From Batkoa obscura (taxonomy: Eukaryota): a stretch of 64,000 bases of DNA. The translations under genes and the position numbers were made by a program. The notes under the pieces are model-generated. The model ran no database searches. It had not been told where the DNA came from and saw only the letters and a list, made by a program, of their open reading frames with translations. Position 1 is the first letter of the stretch. Every line of letters begins with the position of its first letter. The DNA lies in contig JASVEC010000022.1 of the NCBI GenBank assembly GCA_030770535.1, positions 620,001-684,000 on the forward strand, read 5' to 3'. Of this stretch, positions 14,005-27,728 are shown one piece after another.

Positions 14005-14293
14005 AAACTTAAATTATGAAAAATAGTATATAATAAGTTATAGACTATATAAAATAGGTAAAATAGAAGATGTTATCGTAAAATTTATGTAAAATGTTAT
14101 CGAAAAAAACTTGATAGCTTTAATAAAAGTATAGCATTAAGAAATAATTTAATTAAAAAAGCTTTAATCTATTATGTTGAAGAATTTTTTTGTATTCCAA
14201 CTAGGTGACTATATATAAAAAGCATAATAGCAGCTATTTTTTATTATAGTTACTAAGTAGAGATATCAAAAAGAAGAGATAATATCTTTTGTA
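14005..14293 (+). repeat. older partial direct copy of the right arm (about 14398-14635)
   Basis: AAACTTAAATTATGAAAAATAGTATATAATAAGTTATAGA..., AATTAAAAAAGC...ATTATGTTGAAGAAT and GATAATAT match the right arm in the same orientation. Confidence 0.7.
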
Positions 14294-14294
14294 A

Positions 14295-14770
14295 TTAAAT
14301 AGTGCGAGATCTGGTACTCAGCGGTTGGAGTCGAAAGTAGTTTTTTCTTGATTAAATAATCATAAGTCTAAAGGTCTTAGTTTATGTAACTAAGATAGAC
14401 TTGAATTATGAACAATAGTATATAATAGGTTATAGAACTATGTAAAACAAATAGAATAGACAATACTACTGTAAAATCTATGTAAAATTCTATTAAAAGA
14501 TTTAGTGGCTTTATTAAAGGTACAATATTGGGGAACAATTCAATTAAAAAGCCTTGGGTTATTATGTTGAAGAATCTCTTTTACACTCTGGCAAGTATGG
14601 GCATCAAAACGAGAGGATAATATTCTTTGCAATGTAAAGTTAGATATTCTCACAGCAAATCAAACTAAGAGCATGGAATTAATTGTCTCTGAACTCAAGA
14701 ACACGACTTAAGTGATTATTATGCTATAATCAATCATGGAGCTGACAAATCGATATTTTACAATATTAAT
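14295..14770 (+). repeat. right arm of ~475-bp imperfect inverted duplication
   Basis: Reverse complement of 13022-13499; see the left-arm entry. Confidence 0.9.
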
Positions 14771-15546
14771 TTAAAATTATTAATAAGTTAATTTCAAGTT
14801 ATAGATGTATTTGTGTCTACCTCCCTTTTTATTCATTAAAATTTAATTTAGTTAAACAGTTCTAGTCTGCTATTATAAGTAAATTAAAAAATCAACTTTT
14901 ATAAGCTGGAGGCACTTACTACTCAAACTATCAAGACTTGTAATCGTCTACATAAGTGATTTACAATGATTTTACCACTATTCTACCTTAAAAGTTGATA
15001 ACTGTTTTTATGAACTAGGGATTTAATTTTTATAGTAAAAAACATTATAAAATAAGTAAAATAAAAAATTAGCACTGGCTGCTAATTAAAAATAATTTAT
15101 TGAGTTAATATTCTTAATCTGTGTGATAATTTTTTTAAGTCAATAAAATATAAAGTGTGTTAAAATTAAACTTGGTTTCTAAGATTATGTCAAAGTTTTC
15201 CGAATATGGTGTATTAAAACGAACTCCAAATAATTTTTACGTTATAGTAAAATGTCAAGCGTGAACAATTTATTACTCGTGAAATCTACGGGAAAAGAGT
15301 TAAATTTAATTTATCAATTTATTCAGTATGCAAAGATGATCCCAGCCTGAAGGAAGGCACAGCGTGCATTTATATATGTTATATAAATCAAGGCATTCTA
15401 TTGGACAATACCCATAGCAGAACTACGACATTCCACACTGCACTGCCTCTGCTTTACTTTTGTTCTATACAAAGGAATATTTTTTATAAATTGAAAACAT
15501 TGCATGTTTAACATGATATATGACAAAATATTTCAAAATTTCATCT

Positions 15547-15644
15547 GGGGGTGTTTTTTTAACTTGATTATTTTTTCCATTTTTTAAGCGCTATTTGAGT
15601 GGAAAATTTGTTAGTAAAATTCTTAAACATAAAAATACATCCCC
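15547..15644 (-). mobile_element. ~98-bp MITE copy C
   Basis: GGGGGTGTTTTTTT...TTAAGCGCTATTTGAGTGG...AAAAATACATCCCC; perfect 4-bp TSD ATCT/ATCT. Confidence 0.9.
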
Positions 15645-17083
15645 ATCTAATTGTTTAATCTTTCTACTGTTAATGTCTACTTTAAATTTTTAAAAGATCC
15701 TAACCATGAAGTATATAGCTTAGTTAACATGAATCAATATTGTAAATCTAAAAAGACTTATATTAACTATGTGAGTTACAGATATTATTTAATAATATCA
15801 GAGCAAGCTTTATTGATTCTAGTATATTCACAAGTTTGAGATTTATTTGCCATTGACAGTGAATTTGAAATCAATATAGTGGAATTTATATCTACTAGAG
15901 TCATGGACTCATTGATTATATTGCTCACCAACGCTAATAAGGTACATGCAGCGATGATTAGTAGTCACATCTAAAGTATTGAAAGGAACCAGGAAATTTA
16001 TTTACTCAAATTTTTTGACCCATTGTAGGATTGTTAGGTTCAGGTTATATCGTTGAGAATTGATGGACCTTTATGCCGTTCATTTAACTAAAACCAACTC
16101 TCCTTTCATTTTACCATAAAGTATGTTGAATCATGATGCTAAGAGTTTGGATTCTTTGTGCTGCTTTGATACCGATGGAGGAATGGAAAGTAAGGTAAAA
16201 CCAAACAGAAATCGTCAACTCAAGGGTCAATACATGTTCAATGCATAGTAGTAGAATTTTATATTTTACTTCTTAGCTCGCTACTTAGTGAAAAATCTAT
16301 ACAGCCTTTTACGTGTTGTTCCTGTAGAATAGGCTTGTTCTTCTGTAAAACAATGATGTATTACAATGATGATCTGGTAGAGAGTCTAGTGTTTGAGTTC
16401 AAAGACCCAAACAATCCAAAGAAGGAAAAGATAAAACGGTTTTCTGGTTAGCTGTGATCTTAAATTAGCCCTTTACGACTCAAGATTCATTTTTGGTCAA
16501 ATACACAGTGGTGGAAATATAGAATCCCAATAGCAGCCCATTTTCCTGTATTCAAGTGTACTTAACTTTTATACCCAACAATGTCCCTATTTTTATTGAA
16601 ATATGTATATGATGAACTTATGAAATAACTTGATAAATTAACAACAATAACATGGTCAAAAAAGCGGTTTTAAGGTTAGAGTTAACTCAAGTATATTGTA
16701 ATATTAAAATTATTTATATAAAATTATAAAGTTTGAAGATAAACAAAAGTTAATTATCAGATTTCTTGAACATTTTTTTATTCAATTAAATAAGGTAAGA
16801 TCACATACTAACAAAGATCAAAATTGAAAAACAGCGTAGTCCAAATTCTAACAGTATATAGCGACGCTCTAATTACTTTAAGATACTAACAATTAATTAA
16901 AAACATTATAGCTATTGAATCATTCAGATTATAATTAAGTATTTTTGATATTTTATCACAAAGCTTACCTCTAGTACAGTTGATCAAAAAATCAAAAATA
17001 CAGTATAGAAGATAAAATAATGAAATACTAACAAAGTTAAATATAAAACAAAAATATAATAATATCATAAAAAGATTAATTTG

Positions 17084-18314
17084 CTAAAAAATGCCATCAT
17101 CCTCTTCATCTTCATTATCTCCATCATGACCCATTTCTTCATTAAATTCTATGCCATCCAAATATTCTCCAGGGATTTCTAAATCCCTATCATTATCATC
17201 GTGGTAAAAGCGTTCGATTCTCTAAAATATCAAAGATAAATTCATCAACTCATTAAAAAAAAACTTACTGTTGAATCAAATAAAATATTCAGTAGCTCTT
17301 TAATAACGAAATCATCATAAGACCCTGGATCATCCTTTACTAACTTTTCAATAAAATTTTCCACCTTCGTAAGGCGTGAAAAATAATATTCTCTTTCACA
17401 GATTAGATTATTGTTGACTACCGTCAGATTTAAAGCTTTATCTGTAAGAGCTGCTATCTCCTTATGTAAAGCTATTATTCGTTGGTCAGCATTAGAGTAA
17501 TTATCCATCCCTGAGCTGTTCTGTGAGTCTCTTGAGCGGACCTCAGTTCTTGGTTTACTTCTTGGATTTTGTGCAACACTACTATGTATTGCACTGCTTT
17601 GTGTTAAATTACTTTGTTTAGGTGGACCTTAATGATAATGATAATGATTAATAAATTCAAATTAACCCAATTTTACTTACTGAATACTTTTCTAGGCGTA
17701 GTTTGAAGTGAGACTCTATTTGTTGATTTTACTGGTGTTTTAATAGGCGTGCTATTTTGACCAGAGGGAGTTGGTGCTCCGCTTCTTCTTTTAACTTGTG
17801 CTTGTGCTGGAGCTTCATAAGTTTCTGGACTTTCACAGTTTTGTTGCCAGAATTTTTTAAGCCATTGAACAAATTCTAGATTATCCTGCATTTTTAGTTT
17901 AACTAACCGATCCACTGGAATCATCTAAATGAAGAGACAATGAGTTTAAATATTTGTTTTGAGATGTATTTTTGATTACTTTATCAATTTTATGTTTGGT
18001 AAAACAATTTTGTAAAATTTTAAAGTTTGTGATATATTCGTGCTCCCCCTTACACTCAAATTTTACCTTAGATAAAGGAATGTCGCCTGTTTAATTGAAT
18101 TACTCTTTTACTTCTTAAATCTTCAAAAATAAAATTACCATAAATAGAGTCCATAATCACACAATAAGCAGCACCTAAAGTGAAAAGTTCATGCATTAAA
18201 TTATTATTTAATTATTGTTTTGATAGTACCAGTTCCACATTGCTCAATCTTTGAATAATTTAGTTGGCATATAGTATTCACCCATCGTAATAGGTCCATT
18301 CGGCTTTCACTCAT
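17084..18314 (-). CDS. BIM1: EB1/Mal3/Bim1 microtubule plus-end binding protein, multi-exon
   Basis: [13 protein letters not shown]...[39 protein letters not shown] motif [13 protein letters not shown], and an acidic tail ending DDGIF*. Confidence 0.95.
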
Positions 18315-18739
18315 TTTTTTAAGTTTTCATAAAAAATTAAATGTTAAAATCATAGATTTTAACTAATAAATGATGTGGTTGAAAATCTTTTTTTATTGGT
18401 GGGGAAAGTTAACTGAATTTGAGTTACTGTAGTTGAAAAAACGGAAAAAATAAAATCAAAAAATTAAACATTAATATTAATAACCTTCTTTACATTGTTA
18501 TAAAAGTTTTTGATTTGTAACAAAAAGGAGTTTTTTTAAAATTAATAGTTTAATTCAAAATAGTCATTCAAAGGCCAATGTCAATAATTTAGCATATTTG
18601 AAGTTTAATTTGAAAAATCAAAAAAGAATAAAATGTAAAAATTATAAATTAAAAGCTTTACACAGTATATTTAAATAGAAATATATGAAAGATATTCGGT
18701 TGAGTTTCTTATCTCACAAATAAAAGGAAACTATTTAAC

Positions 18740-20577
18740 TTAGTATTTACCTTTAGGTAAATTACGGTAGCGTAATGATGAGGGGTTAGGGGCAAGTAAA
18801 TTTTCATCAGCTCCAAATCCCTCCTCTCCTTCGATTTCTGGATATTCCTCAATTAATGTATTTGAACGCTGATCATAATCTAAACCTTGGGCTCTATGTG
18901 AAGATAAACTTGCTCCTTGATTTCGATTGGAACTAGTAGGGTGTCCTTGTTCTTGGCCATAGTTTCCATCTTTTTCTTCATCCTTAACGGCTCCAAAATA
19001 ACTAGAGTATAAATTCTCGGCTGCTTCTCTAGCTAACTCAAGCTCTTCTGGGATCTCAACATTTTCCTAATATTGTTTAATTGTTTCTTTGTTATTTATT
19101 TGAGTCTACTTACCTGGTGGGTAGAAGCTTCTTGTTTAATTGTTGGTTTTCCTTCTTTTGCATTATCCTTGAACGTTTTTGGTGAATACGTTTGATTTTG
19201 AGAAAGACGTTCCCAATCTTCTTCTTCGGTATTGTTACTACTTAATTCAATTGGTGAAGCAGCTCTTAAGTTAGTTGGCGGCTTTGTAGGAACTGGAGTA
19301 TAGTTTGTTCTTGACGATCCTGGTCTAGCAACCTCGGATTCAATAGATGCAGTAGTATTATTTGGGTTTGATGAGCTAAAAAACTTCTTGAAGCCATACA
19401 AAGCAATTTGCCAACTAATCAATGCAAATAAAATTTCTCCGAAGAAAAATAAGGATGTAAAAATCATCGCAGCAGTTGTTGGCCAGTGGTACATTATATA
19501 TTTGATCCCACTAAGTTTAATATCTACTTTAAGCCAAGATTTATAAATCTGTAACTTTGGATTTGAAATACTCAAAAATATCTTTGTCACGATATCATCC
19601 TAACGATAAAAGTTATATGAAGTAAAATTATGTAAATATAAAAATACATAGTCATCCCAAAATTGTTCTGCTAGTACAATAGATACTGTTTGTTTTTGAG
19701 TAGCCCAGTCCACAATAAGTGGTAGACTATAGAAAAACGTCTTAAGTTTTCGTAATAATTCAGATCGATATTTTAATATTGCCTAGATTTTAATTAAAAG
19801 TCCTCTAAAGTTTTAATGAACTTACTGGTCTTTCAATTTCCAATATAATATCTCTTTCTTTATTTTGAAGTTCTAATCGAACCATAAAATTCCCTACAAT
19901 TGAAAATAAATATTGCGATATAAAATGAAATAAATGTGCTATTTTACTCACCCAATTCAAAATTTGCTTCAGATTCAGGAACTTCAAGGTTCAATGTTAA
20001 ATCATAAGCTTGACCGTAATGAAAGATCTATTTTTTTATAAGCTCAAATGTTAATTCAAAATTATCTTACCTTTGGCTTATTGTTCTCAGCAGCAGATAT
20101 TTCAACAGCAGGAGCGGTTACTCTACAAGGAGTTACATTTAGTAATGATAGCATAGAAGGAGAACAAGCACTGCAGTTATTGAGTTGTTTGAATTATGTA
20201 TATAATAATAAAATAAACGAATTCCAAAAAAATATATTTGCTTACCCAAAATTAAAATAAACCGGAATATTGGTTGAAAGCTTTGGTATAATTAAAGCGT
20301 AAAAGCTTAAATAAGCAGTCCAAGCAGAGGCATACAAACAGATAGTTAAAGTTAAAAATAGAGTTAATCGCACTAAGTTTTTCCAAGTGGTTGGGCTTTT
20401 AATTACTGTTTCGATGGTTGTATACAAAAGGCTAATAAAGTCAACAAAACGTTTAGCTAATGGAAAATACTCCAGTAATGTATTGGATGAAGGTTCATTC
20501 ACCCTTGTAGGTGGTCTAGTTTGGGATTTTCTTCTTCTGCCATGAAGTTTCATTGTATTTCTATCACGTAATGTCAT
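18740..20577 (-). CDS. SEI1: seipin (lipid droplet biogenesis; BSCL2/Sei1), multi-exon
   Basis: TM1 followed by YLSFYALIIP..IPVYFNF; lumenal GQAYDLTLNLEVPESEANFELGNFMV; LSGIKYIMYHWP followed by TM2. Confidence 0.9.
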
Positions 20578-22113
20578 CGTATTTTGTACTAACCTTGGTG
20601 AATAAGGTTTACAATTTATAAAAGTAATTCGGCTTTTAATTTCAATTATTATTCTTTATTTTTTTCATGCAATTGAAGCAAAATTTGCAGCGTTTAGAGT
20701 TCTCAGTTTTTTTGTGCTAACTGTACCATTTGTTCAGCAGTCACACATTTTTTTATAATTTGATAGGTTGTCTCTTTCACATCAACTGTCAATGTTGTCA
20801 AGGAAAACATTATGTTTTAGCCTAAAAAGAACTAAAATAATATGAAAAACCTTAAGTATTTATAATTATTCAAAACTTCAATATTAAACAATTACTTTTT
20901 TTAAAATGATGTTATATAATAATTTAAATAGCAACTTTCATATCAAAACATCTAGATAAATGTGTTTAATAACAAATTAAATATTTTATGTCAAAATATA
21001 CTTATTCACCTGAGATTGAGTCTCAGGTAGTATAACGATGAGTATCCCTACTTGAAAGTATATTATGAGAGTTTTAATGCATAAAAAGTAGGCAGTTTTT
21101 TTGTTTACCAAATTTTAAGCTATCCTAAGAGAGCTTCAACTAAACAGATTAATTTGGTCCCTTTTTAAGCCCAATTTGGTTAGTTGTAATTAGTTGTATA
21201 GCAAAACTCTGACAAATTGTTGTTAGGAAACATCAATACATATTTTTGAGTATAATTGGTATAATGTTTTTTGACTAACATTTCACTCTATATAAACAAA
21301 TTGAAGTTAGATATCTTTGTTTTAAATTTGTGCTCTAGATTCTTAGTATAAATCTGAGAATATAATAAAGTTATCATCCTTACATTCATGCTAGAATAAT
21401 TTAATTAGAAGTGAAAAACAATAAAAGACATTTGATTCCAAGCCACTCTAACTATAAATTTAGATGATGTTTATAGTTTTAATAAGAGTGTCTTAAAGCT
21501 CCATTAGGTATTATTTTTTAAGCTACTAATGTTGTTTTCAAAACAATCATTCTCAAATGTCTCTTCCCAATATTTTCTAAATTTGTAGCTTATTTTGTAA
21601 AAAATTTATTTCACTTCGCTATGTTAATGGGACTTTACACATAGCAAGGCATCCTAAATAGAACTAATAAACACATATAGTCCATAATAATGGATTTACC
21701 TATGTATTGAATATTAGTAATAGTAAAAAAAAGAGGTATAAAATACCCGGTTTTAAAATATTTAATTTGCTAGCATTTACTTAAATTGCCCATGCTTAGT
21801 TTATACTAAAATAAGACTTAAAATTTTAGGGAGAGTAAATAAAGTGGCTATTAATTCTGAAACTGAATGCTTTTGATTGGTCTGATCCAAATTAAATTTC
21901 ACTTGAGGCTAAACACCCAATTAGACTAAGTGAGTATATTGAATTTTATTAGCATATTCAATAATTATTAGTTAATTATAAGTTTCTAGTTTATTAATAA
22001 CCTTGAGTACATTAAACTCCTTAATATTTCGGTAAGATTATTTGTATTAGATTAATCTCTTGATTTAAGATTTTTAATAGTTTCTATTTCTTAGCATAAT
22101 TATATAATACCAA

Positions 22114-25100
22114 ATGGATTCTATGGATTTAGAATATGCGAGTAAGTTGGTTGTCCTTTTTTATTACAATGTACTAAAGGATTGTTTTAGAAGCAATCGC
22201 AAAGCATCGTCAAACAGATAAAGGAAAAAGACCCACACCAATTGTGTTTTCGCCTTTTGTACCCGCACAAAACTTATCAAACTCAAACTCAAACTCAAGT
22301 CCCAATCTTAATCGAAGGCTTTCAACTACTGAAGTTAATCTTGAGCAGTATAATTCTCCAACATCGACTGATTCCAATGCATCCACGCCTTTCCCTTTTT
22401 CACCTAATTTCGCACCTTCGAACTTGTCAAGTTCTGTTTCTAAATTACGTAGAACCTCTCAGTTTTTTTCTCGATTGACAAACTCACTCAGTAAAACGCA
22501 ACATAAAGGAAGCTCAAAGGTTGATAAAGGGATTCACCCTATTCGTAGAAATGAAAGTAGTCGCGCTGATTACGCAAACTCCGGATTAAACAATGATTCC
22601 GCTTTGACTGCGCCACTAAACCGTTCCCATAGCGATTATGATGCACCAACAAATGCAAATGAAAGCTTTAGGAGAGATAGTATGTATAGTGTAAGTAAAA
22701 GAAATTCTTTTTTCGATTTTTAACGCTTAATTTTAGGTCAGAACATCATGTACCGCCCCAGTATCAAACAACTCATGTCCGTCAAGTCCTAACGATGAAA
22801 GTTCTAAAGATAGTTCTTCTGTTAATGTAAATCATTTAGATAAGAAAAATAATATGGAAGATAATGAATATTATAAGGCTTTGAACTCGTTTAATCAGAT
22901 GCAGAACAACTTGAGGGATTCCATTGCAACTGAAACCAACTTTGAAAACTTAAGAGAAGCATTAAACAATATAAGTTTAAGTGATAGGCAAACCGCTTCT
23001 GAAAGGGCTTCTGATGAAATTGCTAGGGATTCTTTGTCCATAAGTTTGTCTAGTGATCGTTCAGAGTCTGATTTTGGAACCTTACAAATTAATGATAGAT
23101 ATATCAATGAGACATTGGTCAATACTCTTTTGAATAACATTGTCCCTAGTCTGTCAAAAGTAAACTCCGAATTAAAAGGAACAAACTTGGATGATATTGA
23201 TGGCGATTCTATTTCTCCTGATGCTTCTCCTGATACTAAAAACGAAGATGAAGGATCTTCTGAAGTGGCATCTAATAGTGAATCAGCTTCAGTAGGAGAA
23301 AATGCTACTGATGAGGAAGCCCCCTATGCACTAGCAAAAAAGTTATATGAGAATAGCTACCCATCTCTATCAAATGAAGAGTATGCTGAATTTATGGGGA
23401 AAAGGTATTTATAGAAAAATAACAATAATTAAAAACAAATTCTAAAATCATAAACAGGGGCGAATATCACTCACAAGTACTTCGCGCTTATATGGACCAT
23501 TTTAATTTTACTGGCCAGAGAGTTGATGATGCGTTTAGGTAATCTTTTTTATTTGGATGTTAATTTTGAATAAAAAATTGACTTTTTTAGGAAACTCTGT
23601 ACCCATCTATATTTACATGGTGAAACTCAGGTTATAGATCGTATTTTGGCTGAATTTGCGCGTAGATTCTGGGATTGTAACCCAGGCTCGATATTTCGAA
23701 GCCAAGGTAATATAACACATATAACTTTATGGTATCTAAAGCTAATTTCTTACAGACGTCGTTTATGCTGTTTCATACTCAATGTTATTGCTTAATACGG
23801 ATCTTCACGTAGCTAAAAATCATACAAAAATGTCAAAGAGTGACTTTGTCAAAAACACACTTTCTGTTGTTGAATCATGTGCACGTGCATCCAGTTTCGA
23901 ACAGGAAGGATCTGGGTCTGGGACCAGAATTGATGGTCGTTCAAAATCAATTGAAAGTTACGGGTACCCTAGTCAAGAGGAACTTACGCATACTCTAAAG
24001 GTATTTTATATTAGGATATAAATCACTCGACTTCACAAACTTAATTGCACTTCTAAAGCATTACTAACATACTTTTTAATATTATATAGGAAATGTATAC
24101 TTCAATAAAACATAGCCAAATCCTTCAACATGTTGAAATCAAATCGCCCAAAATACGCCGTCCTTCAGTTTATTCTTCTCAAAATTCATCTAATAATGAA
24201 ATAGTCTATAAAACACAGCCAGTTGGGAAATCTAGTAAGTCCACACATTTTAAAAAGAGTCACCATTGGGAGGTAATATATATATATATTATTTTATAAA
24301 TCTGACAAACTATAGCTACAACGTAAAATGAGTGGTAATTCATTAAACTTGTCTCAAATGAGTACGCGATCTGCTACTCCAGATCTTTTCTTTACTAATG
24401 CCAGACCACCTCCACCCCAACCTCCAGCTAGCAATGCAAAGATTAATCCTACAGAAGCAGCTGTCTATCCATATCAAAAGGTCGGAGTGCTAATTAGGAA
24501 ACATTTGTATGAAAGGACCGATAAAAAAGCAGCCCACCGTACTTGGAAAGAATGCTTAGTTGTAGTTGAAAGAGGAGAAATAAAAATGTACAAAGCAGAT
24601 AAAACTAAAAGCGGGGGAGAAGGAGTTGATTTAACAGATGCTAGTCTACAGCTAGGCACATTGTTATTGAGGCATTGTTTAGCTGTAACACTTCCACCGC
24701 CTGGATATTCTCCTTCTCGTCCACATGCCTTTGCATTACAACTTCCTTCTGGGGGGGTGTATATATTCCAAGCACAATCAGCACAACTTATTTCTGAATG
24801 GGTAGTCATATGTAATTTCTGGTCAGCTAGAGAAACTAAGGATCCACTTCCGGGAGGTATCTGTAGTATTGATTATGGATGGGGAACAACTTATGGTGAT
24901 GGTAAATCTAAATCAAAAGATGTTCAAGAAGATGATGATTTGGTAGCAAGTATACTACCAGGACCTGATAGTTATCAACCAATTTCAAGTCGCCAATTAT
25001 TTAGTGAACAACAAGCACATAAACAGCCAGTTTCACTTCAAGAATGGAAACCTCCAGCACCACCGATGGTTCGCTCTATTTTAGGAGAAGATCAGCAACT

Positions 25101-25488
25101 TGAAGCATTGATGAGACATATAACCTCTCTAGACACTGAATTAGTTGAACATATGGAATATCGTGGAATTGTACATCGTCGATTTCCACCAAAAACACCA
25201 TTATATGCTAAAGCCTTTTCGAATTGGGAACGCAAATCCCAATATTTACTTAGAGAGCTAATTAAATATCAAACATATGCGGACATACTAAAGAAAACAT
25301 TAGCAGCTAACCGTGGGTTATCGAATCCTGATGATCTATTAGGTGTACCAGAAGATGATGTACTTGAATTTGAACCAGCTGATCCCAAAATAGAGTCCTC
25401 AATTGTCGATGATTCTTCAGGGGATAGACCATTATCAGGGACAACCTATGGTAAAGAAGAGTTTACCTTAGAAGAACTTGAATCTTAA
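22114..25488 (+). CDS. Sec7 + PH domain Arf guanine-nucleotide exchange factor (EFA6/PSD/Yel1-like), multi-exon
   Basis: Sec7 motifs VDDAFRKLCTHLYLHGETQVIDRIL and YSMLLLNTDLHVA..KMSKSDFVKNT; PH domain KVGVLIRKH...RTWKEC...LRHCLA..LPPPGYS..RPHAFAL; WERKSQYLL. Confidence 0.9.
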
Positions 25489-26799
25489 AACAATAGTATA
25501 ATATCTAGTATTGAGTATTATGTATAATACTTTTAAAAAAATAACGTTTGAAACATAACCGAAGTGTAAATCAACTTTAATACTTTCATTAACATAAATT
25601 AATAAAAAAATCAAAGAAAGTTTCAATTATTAGTAGTATATGATACTTTAATGCATCCAATTTATTTACGTACAAACACTTATGATAATTTTAAATACTG
25701 ATCTTAAAAGAAGTTATAGCTTTATAAATATATTTGATTTAAATTCCGCTATAATGTAAAGTTTGTTGAAATATTTTACCAATAATTTTCATAATTTATA
25801 TTACAAAATTATGGAAAAAATCACAATCAAAAAATTGTTATTTCAATTTTATTGTTATTATTATTATACCCATAATTGTTCAGTTTATATTAATAAACTA
25901 AGCCTTAGAAACACTGCTTACATTTACTAAAATACTAATTAATTTATATGGATTTTTTTTGATTATATTTGTTTTATTAGACATCTTCTAATATTAAATA
26001 TTAAAGTATATTGTAAGGTAAAATTGATTTAAAAAAAAAATTTTGTTATTTAAAAATACAAAAATTTCATCCTATAGTGTTTTTGAATTCATTGCCTTCT
26101 TTCAAATAAACTAATAAGGCTTTATAATCCTTTTTTATTTTTTTCCTTTCTTCAGAGATTTCACAGTGAAGGAATAAAGCTAAGGTTGGTATTGGAATTG
26201 ATCCTAAAATAAAATAAGGTAGAAAACGCTTAAAGAGTCCCGTCTTTAGTAATAATATAATACTGATAAAAACTGGATATGCTCTCTATGAAAAGAAGTG
26301 ATATTGGTAGCTAACCTAAGCATTCTATAAACATATTTTTATTATATGCTTTATATTCTGCCTTTTTATAAATAGGGATTTTAATTCTAGATAAATATCA
26401 CTTTTCACTTCCATACTATTAGATTGTTGAAACCTGTTACTTCGACTTAATATCTTTACATGGAAACATAAAATAATATAGTCGTCAATGAAACAATTTA
26501 GTAGCTCAGAATAACATATGAAACTAAAACGGAATTAAATTTACCTAATAAACGTGATAAACTCGATGTCGCTCTCGCGAATTCTATTGTTATGCATATA
26601 ACTAATAAAGTAAAACCAAAGGAATCTAACACTGAAATAAGCATAATGTATGTCACTCTTTTGCTTTATTAAATCTAGAGCATCACTCTAATATTATATC
26701 AAAATTAGGCACCATCTGAAGAAAGATTTATAAGTTACGAAACCAGAAAAAGCCCACCTAAAATAAAGCAAACTTGTCACTCCTATTTAAAGTATAGAT

Positions 26800-26884
26800 A
26801 GTGACGTCTTGGTTTCATTATTTTTTCATCAAGTGCTATTAAGTGGAAAAATTGTAGTAAAATTATTTAACAAAAAACATACTC
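26800..26884 (-). mobile_element. degenerate MITE copy D
   Basis: GGTTTCATTATTTTTTC...GTGCTATTAAGTGGAAAAATTGTAGTAAAATT...AAAACATACTC; TSD AGAT/AGAT. Confidence 0.7.
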
Positions 26885-27728
26885 AGATGCTAGTTTACTA
26901 CTCAACCATGTTTTTTAAAGTTTTGACATGATGAACCTAATCTTAAATTGTATATAAAATGGACAAAGTAGTGAAACCAGAGACTTCCATATTTACTAAC
27001 CAAAATTAGTTTAATAAAAGTATGTTTTTATAGCTGGTTTGTTTGTGGAGTGGCTTATTTTATTAACAACTCTGCCCTTAAAATATACTTCCGACCAGTT
27101 ACTTGTTGGCTATAATATTCAAGGTAAAAATAAAAATAGTAGCATTAGACATGATGCTGTTTTGTGTAAATCAGCTCTTTTTGATATAATAAACAAAATC
27201 ATTATATTATATTAAAATTGTATTATTAGTCAACTCTGATAAGGAATACCAATATGTTTCTGCTACTAATAATGCTTATTAGCTTGATATTATTCCCTAT
27301 CAATTTTATAAGAATAGCAATGCTTATAAAATGGCAACATTTTCAAGCAAAATTAGGTTAATTTGAAATTAAAACTATAGGACAGAGTTGTAAGCTTATT
27401 AATGACTCTGTTATATAATGGGAGAGGAAAAGAAATAAAAAATTGAAAAATAAGTCCTATCTTACTCCATAGGGAATTCATAATAGAATTTAGTATATAT
27501 TATTTTTAAATAGAATGTGACTTAGTAGAAGCTGCGTATTCTTTAAAAAGTTCAATAAAAGCTGACTCATTTAATAAAAAGTTAAATCCCAAGTTTTAAT
27601 TCTATAAAAGTACTTTTAGAGAGTACAAAAACTTTGCTTCACTTTTTATTTTCTTTATCATTTTGATAGTTTAAAAATATATATAAATAAAAAGATTTTT
27701 GTTTTACAAAAATAATAATAAAGTAAAT

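Noticed and set aside
14440..14700. DIRS-type RT/RNase H origin for the inverted-repeat arm (IDNTTV and ITFFGM-like peptides)
   Set aside because: The motifs are very short, in the wrong order for RT-RH, and surrounded by stops.
21008..21028. Hairpin ACCTGAGA-TTGAG-TCTCAGGT as a Helitron 3' end
   Set aside because: Single occurrence and no CTRR terminus at the expected distance.
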